A stretch of 64,000 nucleotides of DNA from Candidatus Latescibacterota bacterium (GCA_965208105.1 OZ242318.1:2528001-2592000); one strand, 5' to 3'. Counted from the stretch's first letter, positions 28,087 to 39,281 are shown. Translations and numbers: made by a program. Notes: a model not told the origin generated them from the letters alone.

Positions 28087-31000
28087 TCACGAGCGCAGCA
28101 GGATCAGTTTGTCCCACTCGGTCACGGTGTTGAACTCCTCCTTCATGATAGGGGCGAAGGGGCTCCGGCTCGCGGGCTCCCCGTTGATGCGCTCCATCTC
28201 GATTCTGGACAGAGGATCGACCCTCCGGCCCAGCAGATGCCGGAACAGGTCCAGCCCCTGGCGCAGGCGGGAATCTTCGGGCCCGACCCCGATGACGCTG
28301 ACGGCGCCATTGCGCTCGGAAGAAAGCAACAGCTCCGCTCCGCAGAACACGAGGTGGGAGCTGGAGCGCCTGGGAGGAAGCCAGCCTCTGAGCTCTTCCA
28401 GCGGCGCGCCGGCGAGCGACAGGGGGTCGGCGGCGTTCATCCAGTAGACCTGGTCGGGGCAGGAACTCCCCTGAAGGAGGTCCAGGCTGGCCGGGGCGAG
28501 GAACTGGGGACCTGGAATATCTTCGAAGAAGTAGCCCGAAATCAGCTCACCGGAAAGCTCCATCAGGCGCAGGGTGCGGAAGAGCTCGCTCCAGCGGAAG
28601 GCCTCGGCTTCCCGCTGCAGCAGCTCGCGGAAGAGGATGCCGTAGCGCCCGATCAACAGCCGCACGCGCTCCTTGTTGCGCTCCTCGCGCGCGGTGAAAT
28701 CGCTCTGCCGCGGCTGCGCCCCGGTCATGAACCAGTTCCCCGGAGCTCTTGTGGTACGCCGGCCCCGGCGCCGGACGGGGCCGGCCTCGGGCGCGCGGAA
28801 ACGGGTCTCGATCCCCTTGCGGATGGAAAAGAAACTGTCGTTGGAAAGCTCGCCGCGCCAGGCGGCCTCCCAGACGAGTTCCCGGACCCGGTCCTCTGAA
28901 AGTCCGGACTTCCGCGCCAGGGCCGCGAAGCTGTAGCGGGCGTCGCTCTCGCTCCAGAGGTCAGTCACGAAGGATTGGCAGTCCTTTCCGGGTTCTTCCC
29001 CTTCACGGGTCATCAGCTCCGCGTCCCGGTCGAGGCAGAAGGCTATGCGCTCGCGGCCGCAGCCGATCCAGTGCCAATCCTCGGTTGCCATGGCCGCATC
29101 CACCCACTGCGGGCGGTAACCGGGACACCGGGCGGGGAACAGGTCGCGCTCCCAAAGCGATGCGGGCGCGGGCAGACAGGCGAGGCGTTCGAGCAGCAAG
29201 GCGAAACCGTCTTCGTCGCCAGTGCCGCTCAACAGGCCCCCCTGGCGCGCCAGGAACCACTGCAGGTAGCGCAGGGGCAATGCTTCCGGGCTGGGCCGTC
29301 TGGCGCCGCTGCGGATGATGCGCTCGAGATTTTCGGCGTCGCACAGGTACTGCCCGCTGACGGAATCCAGGAGCTCGCCCACCACCACCTTGCGCGAGGC
29401 CTGCAGCGGCTGCAGCAGGCGCTCGAGTCCGGGCTCCGAGAAGCCCAGGGAGCGCGGGGGGAAATCGAGGGGGCGGGGCCCGTAGAATTGCAGCCACTGG
29501 TGCAGGAGCTCCGAGCCGCCATTCTCACCCACCCCGGCAGCCTGGAGGGGGAGCGGCGCGCCGGACAGATAGGCGGCCCTCGGCTCGGCGCCGGGGAAGA
29601 AAGCCGCCGCAATGCGCGCCACGTCCTCCACCGCGCATACAAGGGTCACTTCGACTGTGGCAAGGTCTACCAGACAGGCTTTCTTCCCGACCTCCCCCAG
29701 CAGGTCTTCCTCCACCAGCTGGTGGTCGCGCTCCATGCCCTCCAGCAGGCTGCGCCATTCCACCAGGGGGATCGCCACCCTTTCCTTGAGCCAGTCCAGG
29801 AGGGCCTGGCCGTTTTCAGGGGTGAAGCCCGGCGCCAGACGCTGCAGCCTGGCTTCGAAGGCGGCCACGGCCGCAGCCCCGACACGGGGGCGCAGCTGAT
29901 CCGTGAACACCACCTCCTGCAGCCAGTCCGACCCGATGCTGGAACGCACCCTGCCCTGAGGGCTGTCGTCCATGTACATGTACTGGTTCACCTGGCGCCA
30001 GGCGGAGGCGCGGACGAAGGGACTGCCGGTGGCGGTGGCAACCTCCGTGCAGCGGATCTCTCCGGATGCGATTTCGTCGAGCAGCCGATAGAGCGAGGCC
30101 ATCTCGAACTCGTCGCGGAGACAGGTGCGCCAGGCTTCCAGGAGGATGGGAAAGTCCTCGTAACCGAGCACCGCATCCATGAGCTTCCTGGACCGCAGCC
30201 GATTCATCCACAGCGGGGTGCGCTGACCGGGACGACCCCGCCCCAGCAGGAGGGCGCGGCCGGCGCATTCGCGGAAGCGGGCGCCGAAGAATCCTGAAGA
30301 TTCAATCTGGTTCCTGATGAGACGGTCCACGTTGCCGCGGTGAACCAGGTTCGTTACCTGGTGCCCTTCCACCCTCTCCGGAAGAACGAGATAGACCCCG
30401 TCGTTGGTGGGGTAGGACTCCAGGGACAGGCCGAAGCTCTCCTCCCACGCCGCCTCCAGGGCAAGGGAAAACGGACGGTTCACCCGCCCGCCCCACAGGG
30501 TGTGGAGCACCATCTGGTTTCCCGGCACCCCCTGGGGCCCGCTCTCCATGTGCTCCACCACCAGGTGATGGCGGTGGGGCAATTCCGCCCCGGAAATCCT
30601 CACCTGCGACCGCAGGTACTCCAACAGCTGGAGGGCCGCGGCGGGGGTGAGGGCGTAGTCCGTCTGCAGCTGCTGCTCGAAGGCCGGCTCCTCCAGCCGC
30701 GCCCCGGCCATCTCGAGAAACCTGCCTATCTCCTGAGCGAAGTGGAAACCGCGGTCCTGCCCATCGGCCTTCCAGAACGGCGCGGCGGCGGCATGGGGAG
30801 ATGGCGAGACGAAGACGTCGCTGGGGGTGATGCGCTCCACCCGCCAGCTCTGCGCTCCCAGGGAGAACCGCGACCCCTCGCGATTCTCCCACACGAATTC
30901 CTCGTCCAGCTCTCCCAGCCGCGCATTGGAACGGACGTGGCGCATCTGGAAGTACCCCCTGTCCGGTATGGTCCCCCCGCCGGCGTAGATCGCCTGCTCG

Positions 31001-32544
31001 GCCCCACGGTTTGAAGCGGCGGTCCCCTCCAGTCCGTCAACCGAAAGACGGGGCTTCAGCTCCCGTATTCGAGTGCGGGCGAAGCGTCCCGCCAGCATCT
31101 GCACGACGGCGTCGAATTGCCTGCGGGCGAGGTTGCGGTAGGGATGGCTGCAGCGGACCTCGGCGAAGAGCTCATCCAGGTTCCAGGTCTCCGCGCAGGC
31201 CATGGAAACGATTACCTGGGCGAGGACATCCAGAGGCGCTGCAATACTTTCGGTGGCTTCGATCTCGTGCCGCAGCACAGCCCGGCTCAGGACCGCGAGG
31301 TCCAGAAGGTCGCGCTCGTGGGTGGGCATGAAGGTACCCTCGCTCGCCACCCCTACCTGGTGTCCGGCGCGGCCCAGGCGCTGGACGGCGGAGGCCACCG
31401 TCGGAGGGGCCTGCACCAGGACCACGTGGTCTACGGCTCCAACATCGATCCCCAGCTCCAGGGAGCTGGTTGCCACGATCGCCCTCAGTTCTCCCCCCTT
31501 GAGTTTCTGTTCCACCTCGAGCCGGGTTTCGCGGGACAACGAGCCGTGATGCGCATACGCCAGCGGCGGGTTGTCCTCCCCGTTGATTCTGCTGGTGAGG
31601 AACTCGCACAGGCGGCGGCCGTTGACGAAGACGAGGGTGGACCGGTGGGCGGCGAGGGTGCGGCGCAACTCCTCCACCACGGGGGCCCAGAGGTCGACGG
31701 GGTCGGCCTCCTTCATCGAGCTGGCCTCCACCGAGATCCCGTACTTCTTGCGCCCGGCGGATCGCACTACCGACACCGGCCGGCCCCGGTATGCGGCCAT
31801 GTCTCCCCTGGTGGACAGAGCATAGCCTCCCACGAAGCCGGCGACCGCGTCGATAGGACGAATGGTGGCCGACAAGGCCACGCGCTGAAACTCTCCCGCG
31901 AGCCGCACCAGGCGCTCCACCGCCGTCATCAAGTGCACCCCGCGCTTGTTGCCCACGACGGAGTGGACCTCATCCAGCACCACACAGCGCAGCGAGGTAA
32001 GCACATCCCTCCCGCTGCGCGCCGTCAACATCAGGTTGAGACTTTCGGGAGTGGTGATGAGGATGGCCGGGGGATGCCTGGCGATGCGGCGGCGCTCGGC
32101 CGCGGTGGAATCACCGCTGCGGGTGAGGACCTCGATCCGGGGAAAGGGGATCCCGGCGGTGGAAAAGAGATCCCCTAGCTCGGCGAGGGGCTGCAGCAGA
32201 TTCTGCCGGATATCGTTGTTCAGCGCCTTCAGGGGCGATACGTAGAGGACGGAAGTCCGGCCGACGGTCAGTCTGCCGGCGATGAGCTGGTTGAGATACC
32301 AGAGGAAGGCGGCCAGGGTCTTACCGGTGCCGGTGGGCGCGGAGACCAGGACATGCTCGCCGCGGGAGATGCGCTCCCAGGCCTGGAGCTGAACTTCCGT
32401 GGGTTCGGAGTAGCGCTGGTAGAACCATTCCCCCAGGAGTGGGTGGAACCCCAGCCGCGATACCCATCCGGCGTCGCGGTCGGCGCCCCGTTGCCCGGCG
32501 CCGGCGGCTTCGACGCCACCCTTCCCTTCACCGCGCCGCGCCAA
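28087..32544 (-). CDS. lhr: Lhr-family ATP-dependent helicase
   Basis: APTGTGKT, TTPESL, DEVH, HHGSLS, SSLELGID, QRLGRAGH, GELDEEF; start uncertain. Confidence 0.9.
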   Translation of the reverse strand: MARRGEGKGGVEAAGAGQRGADRDAGWVSRLGFHPLLGEWFYQRYSEPTEVQLQAWERISRGEHVLVSAPTGTGKTLAAFLWYLNQLIAGRLTVGRTSVLYVSPLKALNNDIRQNLLQPLAELGDLFSTAGIPFPRIEVLTRSGDSTAAERRRIARHPPAILITTPESLNLMLTARSGRDVLTSLRCVVLDEVHSVVGNKRGVHLMTAVERLVRLAGEFQRVALSATIRPIDAVAGFVGGYALSTRGDMAAYRGRPVSVVRSAGRKKYGISVEASSMKEADPVDLWAPVVEELRRTLAAHRSTLVFVNGRRLCEFLTSRINGEDNPPLAYAHHGSLSRETRLEVEQKLKGGELRAIVATSSLELGIDVGAVDHVVLVQAPPTVASAVQRLGRAGHQVGVASEGTFMPTHERDLLDLAVLSRAVLRHEIEATESIAAPLDVLAQVIVSMACAETWNLDELFAEVRCSHPYRNLARRQFDAVVQMLAGRFARTRIRELKPRLSVDGLEGTAASNRGAEQAIYAGGGTIPDRGYFQMRHVRSNARLGELDEEFVWENREGSRFSLGAQSWRVERITPSDVFVSPSPHAAAAPFWKADGQDRGFHFAQEIGRFLEMAGARLEEPAFEQQLQTDYALTPAAALQLLEYLRSQVRISGAELPHRHHLVVEHMESGPQGVPGNQMVLHTLWGGRVNRPFSLALEAAWEESFGLSLESYPTNDGVYLVLPERVEGHQVTNLVHRGNVDRLIRNQIESSGFFGARFRECAGRALLLGRGRPGQRTPLWMNRLRSRKLMDAVLGYEDFPILLEAWRTCLRDEFEMASLYRLLDEIASGEIRCTEVATATGSPFVRASAWRQVNQYMYMDDSPQGRVRSSIGSDWLQEVVFTDQLRPRVGAAAVAAFEARLQRLAPGFTPENGQALLDWLKERVAIPLVEWRSLLEGMERDHQLVEEDLLGEVGKKACLVDLATVEVTLVCAVEDVARIAAAFFPGAEPRAAYLSGAPLPLQAAGVGENGGSELLHQWLQFYGPRPLDFPPRSLGFSEPGLERLLQPLQASRKVVVGELLDSVSGQYLCDAENLERIIRSGARRPSPEALPLRYLQWFLARQGGLLSGTGDEDGFALLLERLACLPAPASLWERDLFPARCPGYRPQWVDAAMATEDWHWIGCGRERIAFCLDRDAELMTREGEEPGKDCQSFVTDLWSESDARYSFAALARKSGLSEDRVRELVWEAAWRGELSNDSFFSIRKGIETRFRAPEAGPVRRRGRRTTRAPGNWFMTGAQPRQSDFTAREERNKERVRLLIGRYGILFRELLQREAEAFRWSELFRTLRLMELSGELISGYFFEDIPGPQFLAPASLDLLQGSSCPDQVYWMNAADPLSLAGAPLEELRGWLPPRRSSSHLVFCGAELLLSSERNGAVSVIGVGPEDSRLRQGLDLFRHLLGRRVDPLSRIEMERINGEPASRSPFAPIMKEEFNTVTEWDKLILLRS

Positions 32545-33499
32545 GCCGCACCACGCCCTTGATATAGCCGTCCACGGCGCCGGCGGCGACCGCCGCCAGG
32601 AAGGCTGGGTAATCGTCGAGGGACACGACGTGAGTCACGAGCGGCTCGAGCTCGATCACCCCCTTTTCGAGGAGGCGGATGGCCGGGGGAAAGGGGTCGC
32701 GCAACTGCGCTCCCGGAGACGAGTTGACCACGGTCAGCCCCTTGAGGTGCCAGACGCTGGGGTTGAATGCAGCGGTGTCGCCTTTGATCCAGCCGAACAG
32801 GTTGATGCGTCCGGCGCGGCGGACGATGTCGGTGGCCAAGTCGAGGCCGGATTGGGAGCCGCTGCTGTCGACCACGGTGTCGATGCCGCGGCCGCGCAGG
32901 TCCCGCCTGACGGCGCCGAAATCCTGAGCGGCGACGTTGTGAGCTTCGGTGGCCCCCATCTGCAGAGCGAGTTCGAGACGCCTGTGGTCCATGTCCAGAG
33001 CGATGATCTGATCCGCCCCGGCCCCGGCCAGACCCTGCAGCATCAACAACCCCATGAAACCGCACCCCACCAGCGCCAGGCGCTCTCCGGCGCGCAGGCG
33101 GCAGTGGTCCATGCCGGTGACGGCGCAAGCCACCGGCTCGACGATCCAGTGCGGGTCCACGAGGTCGGACTCGGGAATCCGGTGGACCCGGTCGGCGGGC
33201 AGGTTGCGCAACCGCGCGAAACCCCCGCCGGCGACCCGCTGCCCCACTTCGAAGCCGGTCACCCCCGGGCCCAGCCCGGCGACGTAGCCCACACCTTCGT
33301 GGCCGGGCGGTGCGGCATGGGCCGAATCGCCGCCGGCCTTGAAGGTCTGGATGTCCCATGAACAGATGCCGCAGGCAGCGCCTTCGACCTGAACCTCGCC
33401 GGGGCCCGGCGGTCCGGTCTCGACCTCCACGAGCCGGACGCCTCCTCCCGACATGTAGCTCACGGTCTTGACCTTCATGGTTGGCTCCGGCCCGGTCAT
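32528..33499 (-). CDS. Zinc-binding alcohol dehydrogenase family protein
   Basis: CGICSWD, GHEGVG, GCGFMG; GGAGGAG RBS. Confidence 0.85.
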   Translation of the reverse strand: MTGPEPTMKVKTVSYMSGGGVRLVEVETGPPGPGEVQVEGAACGICSWDIQTFKAGGDSAHAAPPGHEGVGYVAGLGPGVTGFEVGQRVAGGGFARLRNLPADRVHRIPESDLVDPHWIVEPVACAVTGMDHCRLRAGERLALVGCGFMGLLMLQGLAGAGADQIIALDMDHRRLELALQMGATEAHNVAAQDFGAVRRDLRGRGIDTVVDSSGSQSGLDLATDIVRRAGRINLFGWIKGDTAAFNPSVWHLKGLTVVNSSPGAQLRDPFPPAIRLLEKGVIELEPLVTHVVSLDDYPAFLAAVAAGAVDGYIKGVVRLGAAR

Positions 33500-33717
33500 G
33501 TCGCTCCTCCAACAGTCAAAATACATACAATTCCGCCGCATCGAAATAATCATTATTCTGTTGCTGTCGCCAAGGTTTTCTCCGGGCCTTCCCCGGGCCG
33601 CTGCGGACTTTCAGGCCCCAACGGGGTCCGTAGCAACTATCGGGAATTATTTCGCGCCAAACCCTTCAATCACCTTTGCGAGGGACACCTTCGGCCCTCG
33701 AGGAAAGGAGCTGAGCA

Positions 33718-34590
33718 ATGTCATCCAGAGCCAGCAAGGAATACCGCTACGAAAAACTCACCTGGCCCGAGATCTGTGACGCCATCGACGACGGCCAGGT
33801 CTGCATCGTTCCCTGCGGCGCGGTGGAGCAGCACGGACCCCACCTGCCCCTCGACGTCGACGTTCTGTGCTCGACCCAGGTCGCTTTGGGCGCGGCGGCG
33901 CGAACCCCGGCGAACTGTCTCGTTTTGCCCACGGTCAATTTCGGCTATACGGGGCACGTTGTCGATTTTCCGGGCACCATCAACAACGACTTCGAGCATT
34001 TCATCCATCACGTCCTCGACATCACCAAATCCCTCGCCTACCACGGCTTCAAGAAAATCGTCCTGCTCAACGGACACGGATCCAACATGCCCAACCTGGA
34101 CCTGGCGGCGCGGCGCGCCAACCTGGAAACGGACGCCGAGTGCGTCCTCATGGCGTGGTGGAACCTGCTCACCGTCGACAAGGACTTCATGCCGGGATGG
34201 AGGGAGAGCAAGTTCCCCGGCGGCTGCTCCCATGCCGGGGAGCTGGAAACATCCATGTATCTCTACCTCGACCGCGAGAACGTGCGCGAGGACCTGATCG
34301 AAAGCGGCACCATCTCGTTCAACGACGAGGACAGCCCCTTTCACTACATGGACCTCTTCGCCCAGGGCCCGGGCACGGTGGTCTCCTGGACCAGCAGCTA
34401 TTCCGAAACGGGGGTCCTCGGCGACGCCGAGCTGGCGAGCGTGGAAAAGGGGGAACGAGCCTACAAGGAGGCCGTCCGCCAGCTCGTCCGGTTCGTCGAG
34501 TGGTTCAAGGAAAGGCCCAGGGATCAGAGGCGCGAAAGGCATCGCCGCGCTCCGACGATGCCGACTCCCTGGGGACAGACGAGCCTGTGA
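33718..34590 (+). CDS. Creatininase family protein (MftE-like)
   Basis: EQHGPHLPLDVD, NGHGSN, HAGELETS. Confidence 0.9.
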   Translation: MSSRASKEYRYEKLTWPEICDAIDDGQVCIVPCGAVEQHGPHLPLDVDVLCSTQVALGAAARTPANCLVLPTVNFGYTGHVVDFPGTINNDFEHFIHHVLDITKSLAYHGFKKIVLLNGHGSNMPNLDLAARRANLETDAECVLMAWWNLLTVDKDFMPGWRESKFPGGCSHAGELETSMYLYLDRENVREDLIESGTISFNDEDSPFHYMDLFAQGPGTVVSWTSSYSETGVLGDAELASVEKGERAYKEAVRQLVRFVEWFKERPRDQRRERHRRAPTMPTPWGQTSL

Positions 34591-34657
34591 CGGCGGTGGA
34601 AGGATGGTGGCCTGCTGCTGTTCCCTGGGCCGCACCCGGGCAGAGCAAGGGGCGGCC

Positions 34658-35551
34658 TCAGCTGGCGGGAAAGCGGAGGAATCTCTGCGCCGTATTTCCC
34701 ATGATTTCCGCGTGCTCGGCGTCGCTCAGAGAGGGAAGCAGCTCCCGCACCACCGTGGTCAGGGGGCCGTATCCGGGATCTTCGCATATCCAGGGAAAAT
34801 CGCTGGCCCACATCAGCCGCCGCGGGCCGTAGCAGGCCAGCAGGCGCTCGTGCCAGCGGGCGAGGTCGCGGTAGGGAAATGGCTCGCGGCTGAAAGCGTA
34901 GTGGCCGGAGAGCTTCACCACCACATTCTCGTAACCGGAGAATCGGTAGGTGGTGTGGAAAGCCGGACTGTAATGCGGGGTATCGATCCGGGGCCGGCCC
35001 TTCTCGTCGCGGGAGGCTTGGCCTTCCCCCGGACACACGCCCAGATGGTTGAGCACCACCCGGACCCCGGGGAAGGCCTCCAGCAGATGGGGGACCAGGT
35101 GCACCTCGGCGGCCGGCGGATAGAGCCAGATAACGTGATCGTTGGCGGCGGCGTGCTTCCAGATGCGGTAGGTCTGCAGCTCCTCCGCCGCCACGGGGGC
35201 AAAGGGGTCCCGCGGTCCGCCCACCGCGAAGAGACGGAAACCGATCAGGCCCGGGGCCTGCGCCAGGCGGTCCATCAGCGCTTCGGGCTCGGGGTGGTCC
35301 GGCGCAATGGCGGCAATGCCGAGGAAACGAGGTCCGTGGCGCTCGAGGCAGTGAAGCAGGTAGGCGTGGTGCTCAAACTCGTTGCCTCCCAGTTGCACCA
35401 GGACCGCCGCGTCGATCCGCTGGGAATCCATGGCCGCGATCAGCTTTTCCACCGGCTCCTGGCGCTCGGCCGGGCAGTAGCTGTCGGGGAGGCGGGGGAA
35501 CCTGTCCGAGGCGCGGGCGAAAACGTGGACGTGTGCGTCGATTCGCGCCAT
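34658..35551 (-). CDS. Amidohydrolase_2 family protein
   Basis: IDAHVH, NHLG, VKLSG, LMWASDFP. Confidence 0.85.
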   Translation of the reverse strand: MARIDAHVHVFARASDRFPRLPDSYCPAERQEPVEKLIAAMDSQRIDAAVLVQLGGNEFEHHAYLLHCLERHGPRFLGIAAIAPDHPEPEALMDRLAQAPGLIGFRLFAVGGPRDPFAPVAAEELQTYRIWKHAAANDHVIWLYPPAAEVHLVPHLLEAFPGVRVVLNHLGVCPGEGQASRDEKGRPRIDTPHYSPAFHTTYRFSGYENVVVKLSGHYAFSREPFPYRDLARWHERLLACYGPRRLMWASDFPWICEDPGYGPLTTVVRELLPSLSDAEHAEIMGNTAQRFLRFPAS

Positions 35552-36270
35552 CAGGCCTCCAGGCAGAAGAGCCGGCGCCGTTCATCCCCGGCGCAGCGCT
35601 CGCGCAGAAACTCGAAGGGGCTTCTCTCCACCCTATCGGCCTCGGTCCTCTGGTGATAGGTGAGTATGATCGACTTTCTCGGCACCGAGCCGTCGTTGTC
35701 CAGGGCGGTGTGCCAGCCGTAGCAGTTGAACATGATCGCGGTCCCCGCCCGGCCGGTGAAGCGGACCATGCCCGGCATGTCCTCCTGGCGGGCGGGAATT
35801 CCAAAAGGCCCCGAACCCGGGCGGTGGCTGCCGGGGATGTAGGCGAACTCGCCGCCGCCTGCGGCCAGGTCGTTCAGGTAGACCTGGACCTTCACGTGCA
35901 GGGGACGATTGCGGGGGGTATCGGGATGCCAACCGCTGTAACTGACCGGCGCGGGGGGGACGATGCGCACCTGGGTCGCCTGAAAAATCGGCTCGCCGCC
36001 GCAGAACGCCCTGAGGCAGCCGTAGTAGCCGGGGTGGTCGGCGATCTCCCAGAACAGATCATCCCGCTCCAGTGAATCGGGGATATCGTAGAAGGAAGAA
36101 GCCACCTCGCCCCTGGCCACCGCCGCGAGCCAGTCCTCCTTGCACCTGGCCGACCAGTGGTCGACCGCCTCTTGCAGCCTGCGCAGCAACCCGCCGCCGA
36201 TGGCGTTCTCGAAAACGAGATAGCCGTCCTCTTCCCACTGTCTGCGCTGTCCCGGAGTGGGACCTTTCAT
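35551..36270 (-). CDS. PhyH-family dioxygenase (HPD motif)
   Basis: EDGYLVF, WHPD, IPGSH, WHTA. Confidence 0.85.
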   Translation of the reverse strand: MKGPTPGQRRQWEEDGYLVFENAIGGGLLRRLQEAVDHWSARCKEDWLAAVARGEVASSFYDIPDSLERDDLFWEIADHPGYYGCLRAFCGGEPIFQATQVRIVPPAPVSYSGWHPDTPRNRPLHVKVQVYLNDLAAGGGEFAYIPGSHRPGSGPFGIPARQEDMPGMVRFTGRAGTAIMFNCYGWHTALDNDGSVPRKSIILTYHQRTEADRVERSPFEFLRERCAGDERRRLFCLEA

Positions 36271-36424
36271 CTCGACCTCCTCCTGTGCGCCTCGACCGCG
36301 GCGCCCCGGTCAGCTCGCCGGCGACTGGCGCTCTTCCGCCCGGCGAAGGTTCAGCGCGCGGTCCCGGCCGCCTTGCCTGCCTTTCCGGGGGCGGCCGCTG
36401 AACCGGCCAGGGAACAGCTTTTCC

Positions 36425-37354
36425 TCAGAAGCTGCCGCTCAGGGCAAGGCGGTGGACCTCTCCCAGCTCCGGAAGAGAAGAGAAGGCATAGTCCAGGCGG
36501 TATCCCTGCACCAGGAAGCCGGCTCCACCAGTCGGACCCAGAGGTTGGCTGCCCTCGCTGCCAACCTGCCGGGTGCTGTACCCCGGCCGCAGATAAAGGC
36601 CCCTGCCGACGCGAAACTCCACCCCGGCGGCCAGGTAGGGATCGTTGTCGTTGGGCACGTTCAGATCGGCGAGGACGATCATGGGAAGCGGGGTATGCGC
36701 CGGACGGTGGGACAAGCCGAGGCGGATATTGACCGGAAGGGAGTCCTTGGAACCGCCGGAATATCCGCTGCGCACCGTCCCGAGGTTGGTCAGGGAAGCG
36801 CCCATCGTCATCCCGCCGATGGGTGTTGGCGCGAGGACCCCGATATCGACCATATAGGCGTCCGAAGAATAATCGCCGATTCTTGAGTAAACCGCCTTCA
36901 GGTTGAGTCCCAGGGTGATCCTGTCGTTCCACATGCGCTGAGCCACGGTGGCGTAGGCGGCAAGGTCCGCGGGGCTGAAAGTGCCCAGGTCCGCCCCTTC
37001 CTCGTCGGTGCGCCGCATTTCCCCCGCAGAAAAATAGTTCAGACTGAAACCCCAGACCCGCTCTTCACCGGGGAATGCCACGCTGAGGAAACCTGCCTGG
37101 GTATCGACCAGGTACCGGGTCATGGAGATTGTGGCCGCCCTGCTTGGAAGACCCAGTAGGCCCGCCGGATTCCAGTGGGTGGATTCGAGGTCGCCGGCGA
37201 CGGCGGCGAAAGCGCCTCCAAGAGCGGTGGGCCGGGCCCCGACGCCGATCTTGAGGGAATTGAAGCCCGTGGTCCCGGCGTTTTCGTTGATGGCGGAGAC
37301 CGGTTGCAGGCTCGCGAGGAGCAAGGCCGCGGCGAAGACGATATTCCTGAGCAT
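36425..37354 (-). CDS. PorV/PorQ-family outer-membrane beta-barrel protein
   Basis: Signal peptide, LKIGVGARPTALGGAF, HWNPAGL, C-terminal HRLALSGSF. Confidence 0.75.
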   Translation of the reverse strand: MLRNIVFAAALLLASLQPVSAINENAGTTGFNSLKIGVGARPTALGGAFAAVAGDLESTHWNPAGLLGLPSRAATISMTRYLVDTQAGFLSVAFPGEERVWGFSLNYFSAGEMRRTDEEGADLGTFSPADLAAYATVAQRMWNDRITLGLNLKAVYSRIGDYSSDAYMVDIGVLAPTPIGGMTMGASLTNLGTVRSGYSGGSKDSLPVNIRLGLSHRPAHTPLPMIVLADLNVPNDNDPYLAAGVEFRVGRGLYLRPGYSTRQVGSEGSQPLGPTGGAGFLVQGYRLDYAFSSLPELGEVHRLALSGSF

Positions 37355-37458
37355 GAGGTACTCCAGCGTTGGTGAATTTTCCCCGGGGTGGCCGGCGGGA
37401 TGGCAGGCCCGCATCCTCCGCTTCACTCTCCGGGATCAAATATAGGCCATCGAAGGCG

Positions 37459-38904
37459 TTATTGCAGCGACTGCTCCAGGACGTGGGCGGCGCGCAGAAG
37501 GCGTTCCTCCTGAAAGGGGCCAGCCAGCAGCTGCACGGCAATGGGCAGGTTCTCACTGTTGGTGGCAACGGGAAGGGCGATGCCCGGTATGCCGGCCAGG
37601 TTGACCGAGACGGTATAAATATCGTTGAGGTACATCTGCAAGGGGTCATCCATATTTTCGCCGAGGCGAAAAGCCACCGTCGGTGCAACCGGTGATAGCA
37701 GCACGTCGCACCGGGAAAAAGCCCGGTCGAAATCTTCCCTGATCAGGGTCCGCACCTTCTGGGCCTTGAGGTAATACGCGTCGTAGTAGCCTGCGCTGAG
37801 GGCATAGGTACCCAGCATTATGCGCCGTTTCACCTCTGCGCCGAAGCCGGAGCTGCGGCTCTGGCAGTATAGCTCCCGGAGGTTGCGGGCCTCGCCGGAG
37901 CGGTATCCGTACCTGATTCCGTCGTAGCGGGTGAGGTTGGCCGATGCCTCCCCCATGGCAATCAGGTAGTATGCGCCGATGCAGTACTCGGGATGGGCGG
38001 CAACCGGAAGGGAAACGTCGACCAACTCGGCCCCCGCTTCCCGCAACCGCTCGGCGCTGTGCATCACCGCCCGGTGAATCTCCCCGTCCAGCCCTGCGCC
38101 AAGGTGCTCTCTGGCCATGCCCACCCTGAGTCCTTTGATTTCGCCCCCGAGCGCCGCCCGGTAGTCGGGCACGGCAATATCCACGGAGGTGGAGTCTTTC
38201 GGGTCGTGCCCGGCGATGGCGCCGAGAAGGAGGGCCGCATCCTCCACGTCCTTGGCCAGGGGGCCTATCTGGTCCAGGGAAGAGGCATAGGCCACCAGGC
38301 CATAACGCGAAACACGTCCGTAGGTAGGCTTGAGGCCGACCACGCCGCAGTAGCCCGCGGGCTGGCGCACCGAACCCCCGGTGTCGGACCCCAGCGCGAG
38401 GATGGTCTCGTGGGCGGCCACCGCGGCGGCCGACCCGCCGCTGGACCCTCCGGGAACGCGCTCCGGGTCCCGGGGATTGCGAGTGGGACCGAAGTAGGAG
38501 CTCTCGGTGGAAGAGCCCATGGCGAACTCGTCCATGTTGGTCTTGCCGACCAGTACCGAGTCGGCCCGGCGCAGCCGGGCGACCACGGTGGAATCATAGG
38601 GGGCGACGAAGTTTTCCAGAATGCGCGAGCCGCAGGTGGTGCGGCCGCCCTCGACGCAGAGGACATCCTTGAGGGCCATGGGAATGCCGGCCAGTGGTCC
38701 GAGCCGGTCGCCGGCCGCCCGCTTCCGGTCGATGGAGCCGGCCCGTTCGAGGGCCTGTTCGGGATCGACGCTGATGAAGGCGTTGATGGTGGGGTCGGTC
38801 TTGTCAATTGCCTCCAGGACATCCGCGGTGATCTCTCGAGACGAGATTTCTCCTGCGGCCATCCTGTCGCTCAGCTCGTGAGCCGTCAACTCGTTCAGGG
38901 ACAC
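37459..38904 (-). CDS. gatA: Asp/Glu-tRNA amidotransferase subunit A
   Basis: [45 protein letters not shown]. Confidence 0.97.
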   Translation of the reverse strand: MSLNELTAHELSDRMAAGEISSREITADVLEAIDKTDPTINAFISVDPEQALERAGSIDRKRAAGDRLGPLAGIPMALKDVLCVEGGRTTCGSRILENFVAPYDSTVVARLRRADSVLVGKTNMDEFAMGSSTESSYFGPTRNPRDPERVPGGSSGGSAAAVAAHETILALGSDTGGSVRQPAGYCGVVGLKPTYGRVSRYGLVAYASSLDQIGPLAKDVEDAALLLGAIAGHDPKDSTSVDIAVPDYRAALGGEIKGLRVGMAREHLGAGLDGEIHRAVMHSAERLREAGAELVDVSLPVAAHPEYCIGAYYLIAMGEASANLTRYDGIRYGYRSGEARNLRELYCQSRSSGFGAEVKRRIMLGTYALSAGYYDAYYLKAQKVRTLIREDFDRAFSRCDVLLSPVAPTVAFRLGENMDDPLQMYLNDIYTVSVNLAGIPGIALPVATNSENLPIAVQLLAGPFQEERLLRAAHVLEQSLQ

Positions 38905-38916
38905 TTCTGCGCAGCT

Positions 38917-39252
38917 CTATTGATTCCTGGACGTTCCCGCCTCTTTATCCGCCGATTCTGAATCCGCTGTCCCAGAGCCGGCGGGTTCCTGCGCTACTGA
39001 TTGGGGCGGCGCAGAGACGGCAGGTTCCTGCGCTGCCGATTGCGGTGGCGCAGAGGGCTCGATTCTCTTGTCGGGCTTGCCGGGGGAAGGGGCGTTGACA
39101 TCGATTTCTTCCTGGACGTCTCGCATGGCGCTTCTGAACTCCCTGATCCCCTTGCCCAGCCCCTGGGCCATTTCGGGGATGCGCTTGGCGCCGAAGATGA
39201 GCAGAATGACCAGAAGGATTATGAGTATTTCCCAGTGACCCATGCCGAACAT
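38917..39252 (-). CDS. tatA: Twin-arginine translocase TatA/E
   Basis: GHWEILIILLVILLIFGAKRIPEMAQGLGKGIREF. Confidence 0.92.
   Translation of the reverse strand: MFGMGHWEILIILLVILLIFGAKRIPEMAQGLGKGIREFRSAMRDVQEEIDVNAPSPGKPDKRIEPSAPPQSAAQEPAVSAPPQSVAQEPAGSGTADSESADKEAGTSRNQ
38980..39055. repeat. Two imperfect 39-bp tandem repeats in the tatA tail
   Basis: Encodes SAPPQSAAQEPAV / SAPPQSVAQEPAG. Confidence 0.8.
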
Positions 39253-39281
39253 GGCTCAACCTCCAAATTTGAAACTCCGCT

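Noticed and set aside
33718-34590. Mycofactocin/RiPP cluster suggested by the MftE-like creatininase
   Set aside because: No precursor peptide, radical SAM or RRE gene lies nearby.
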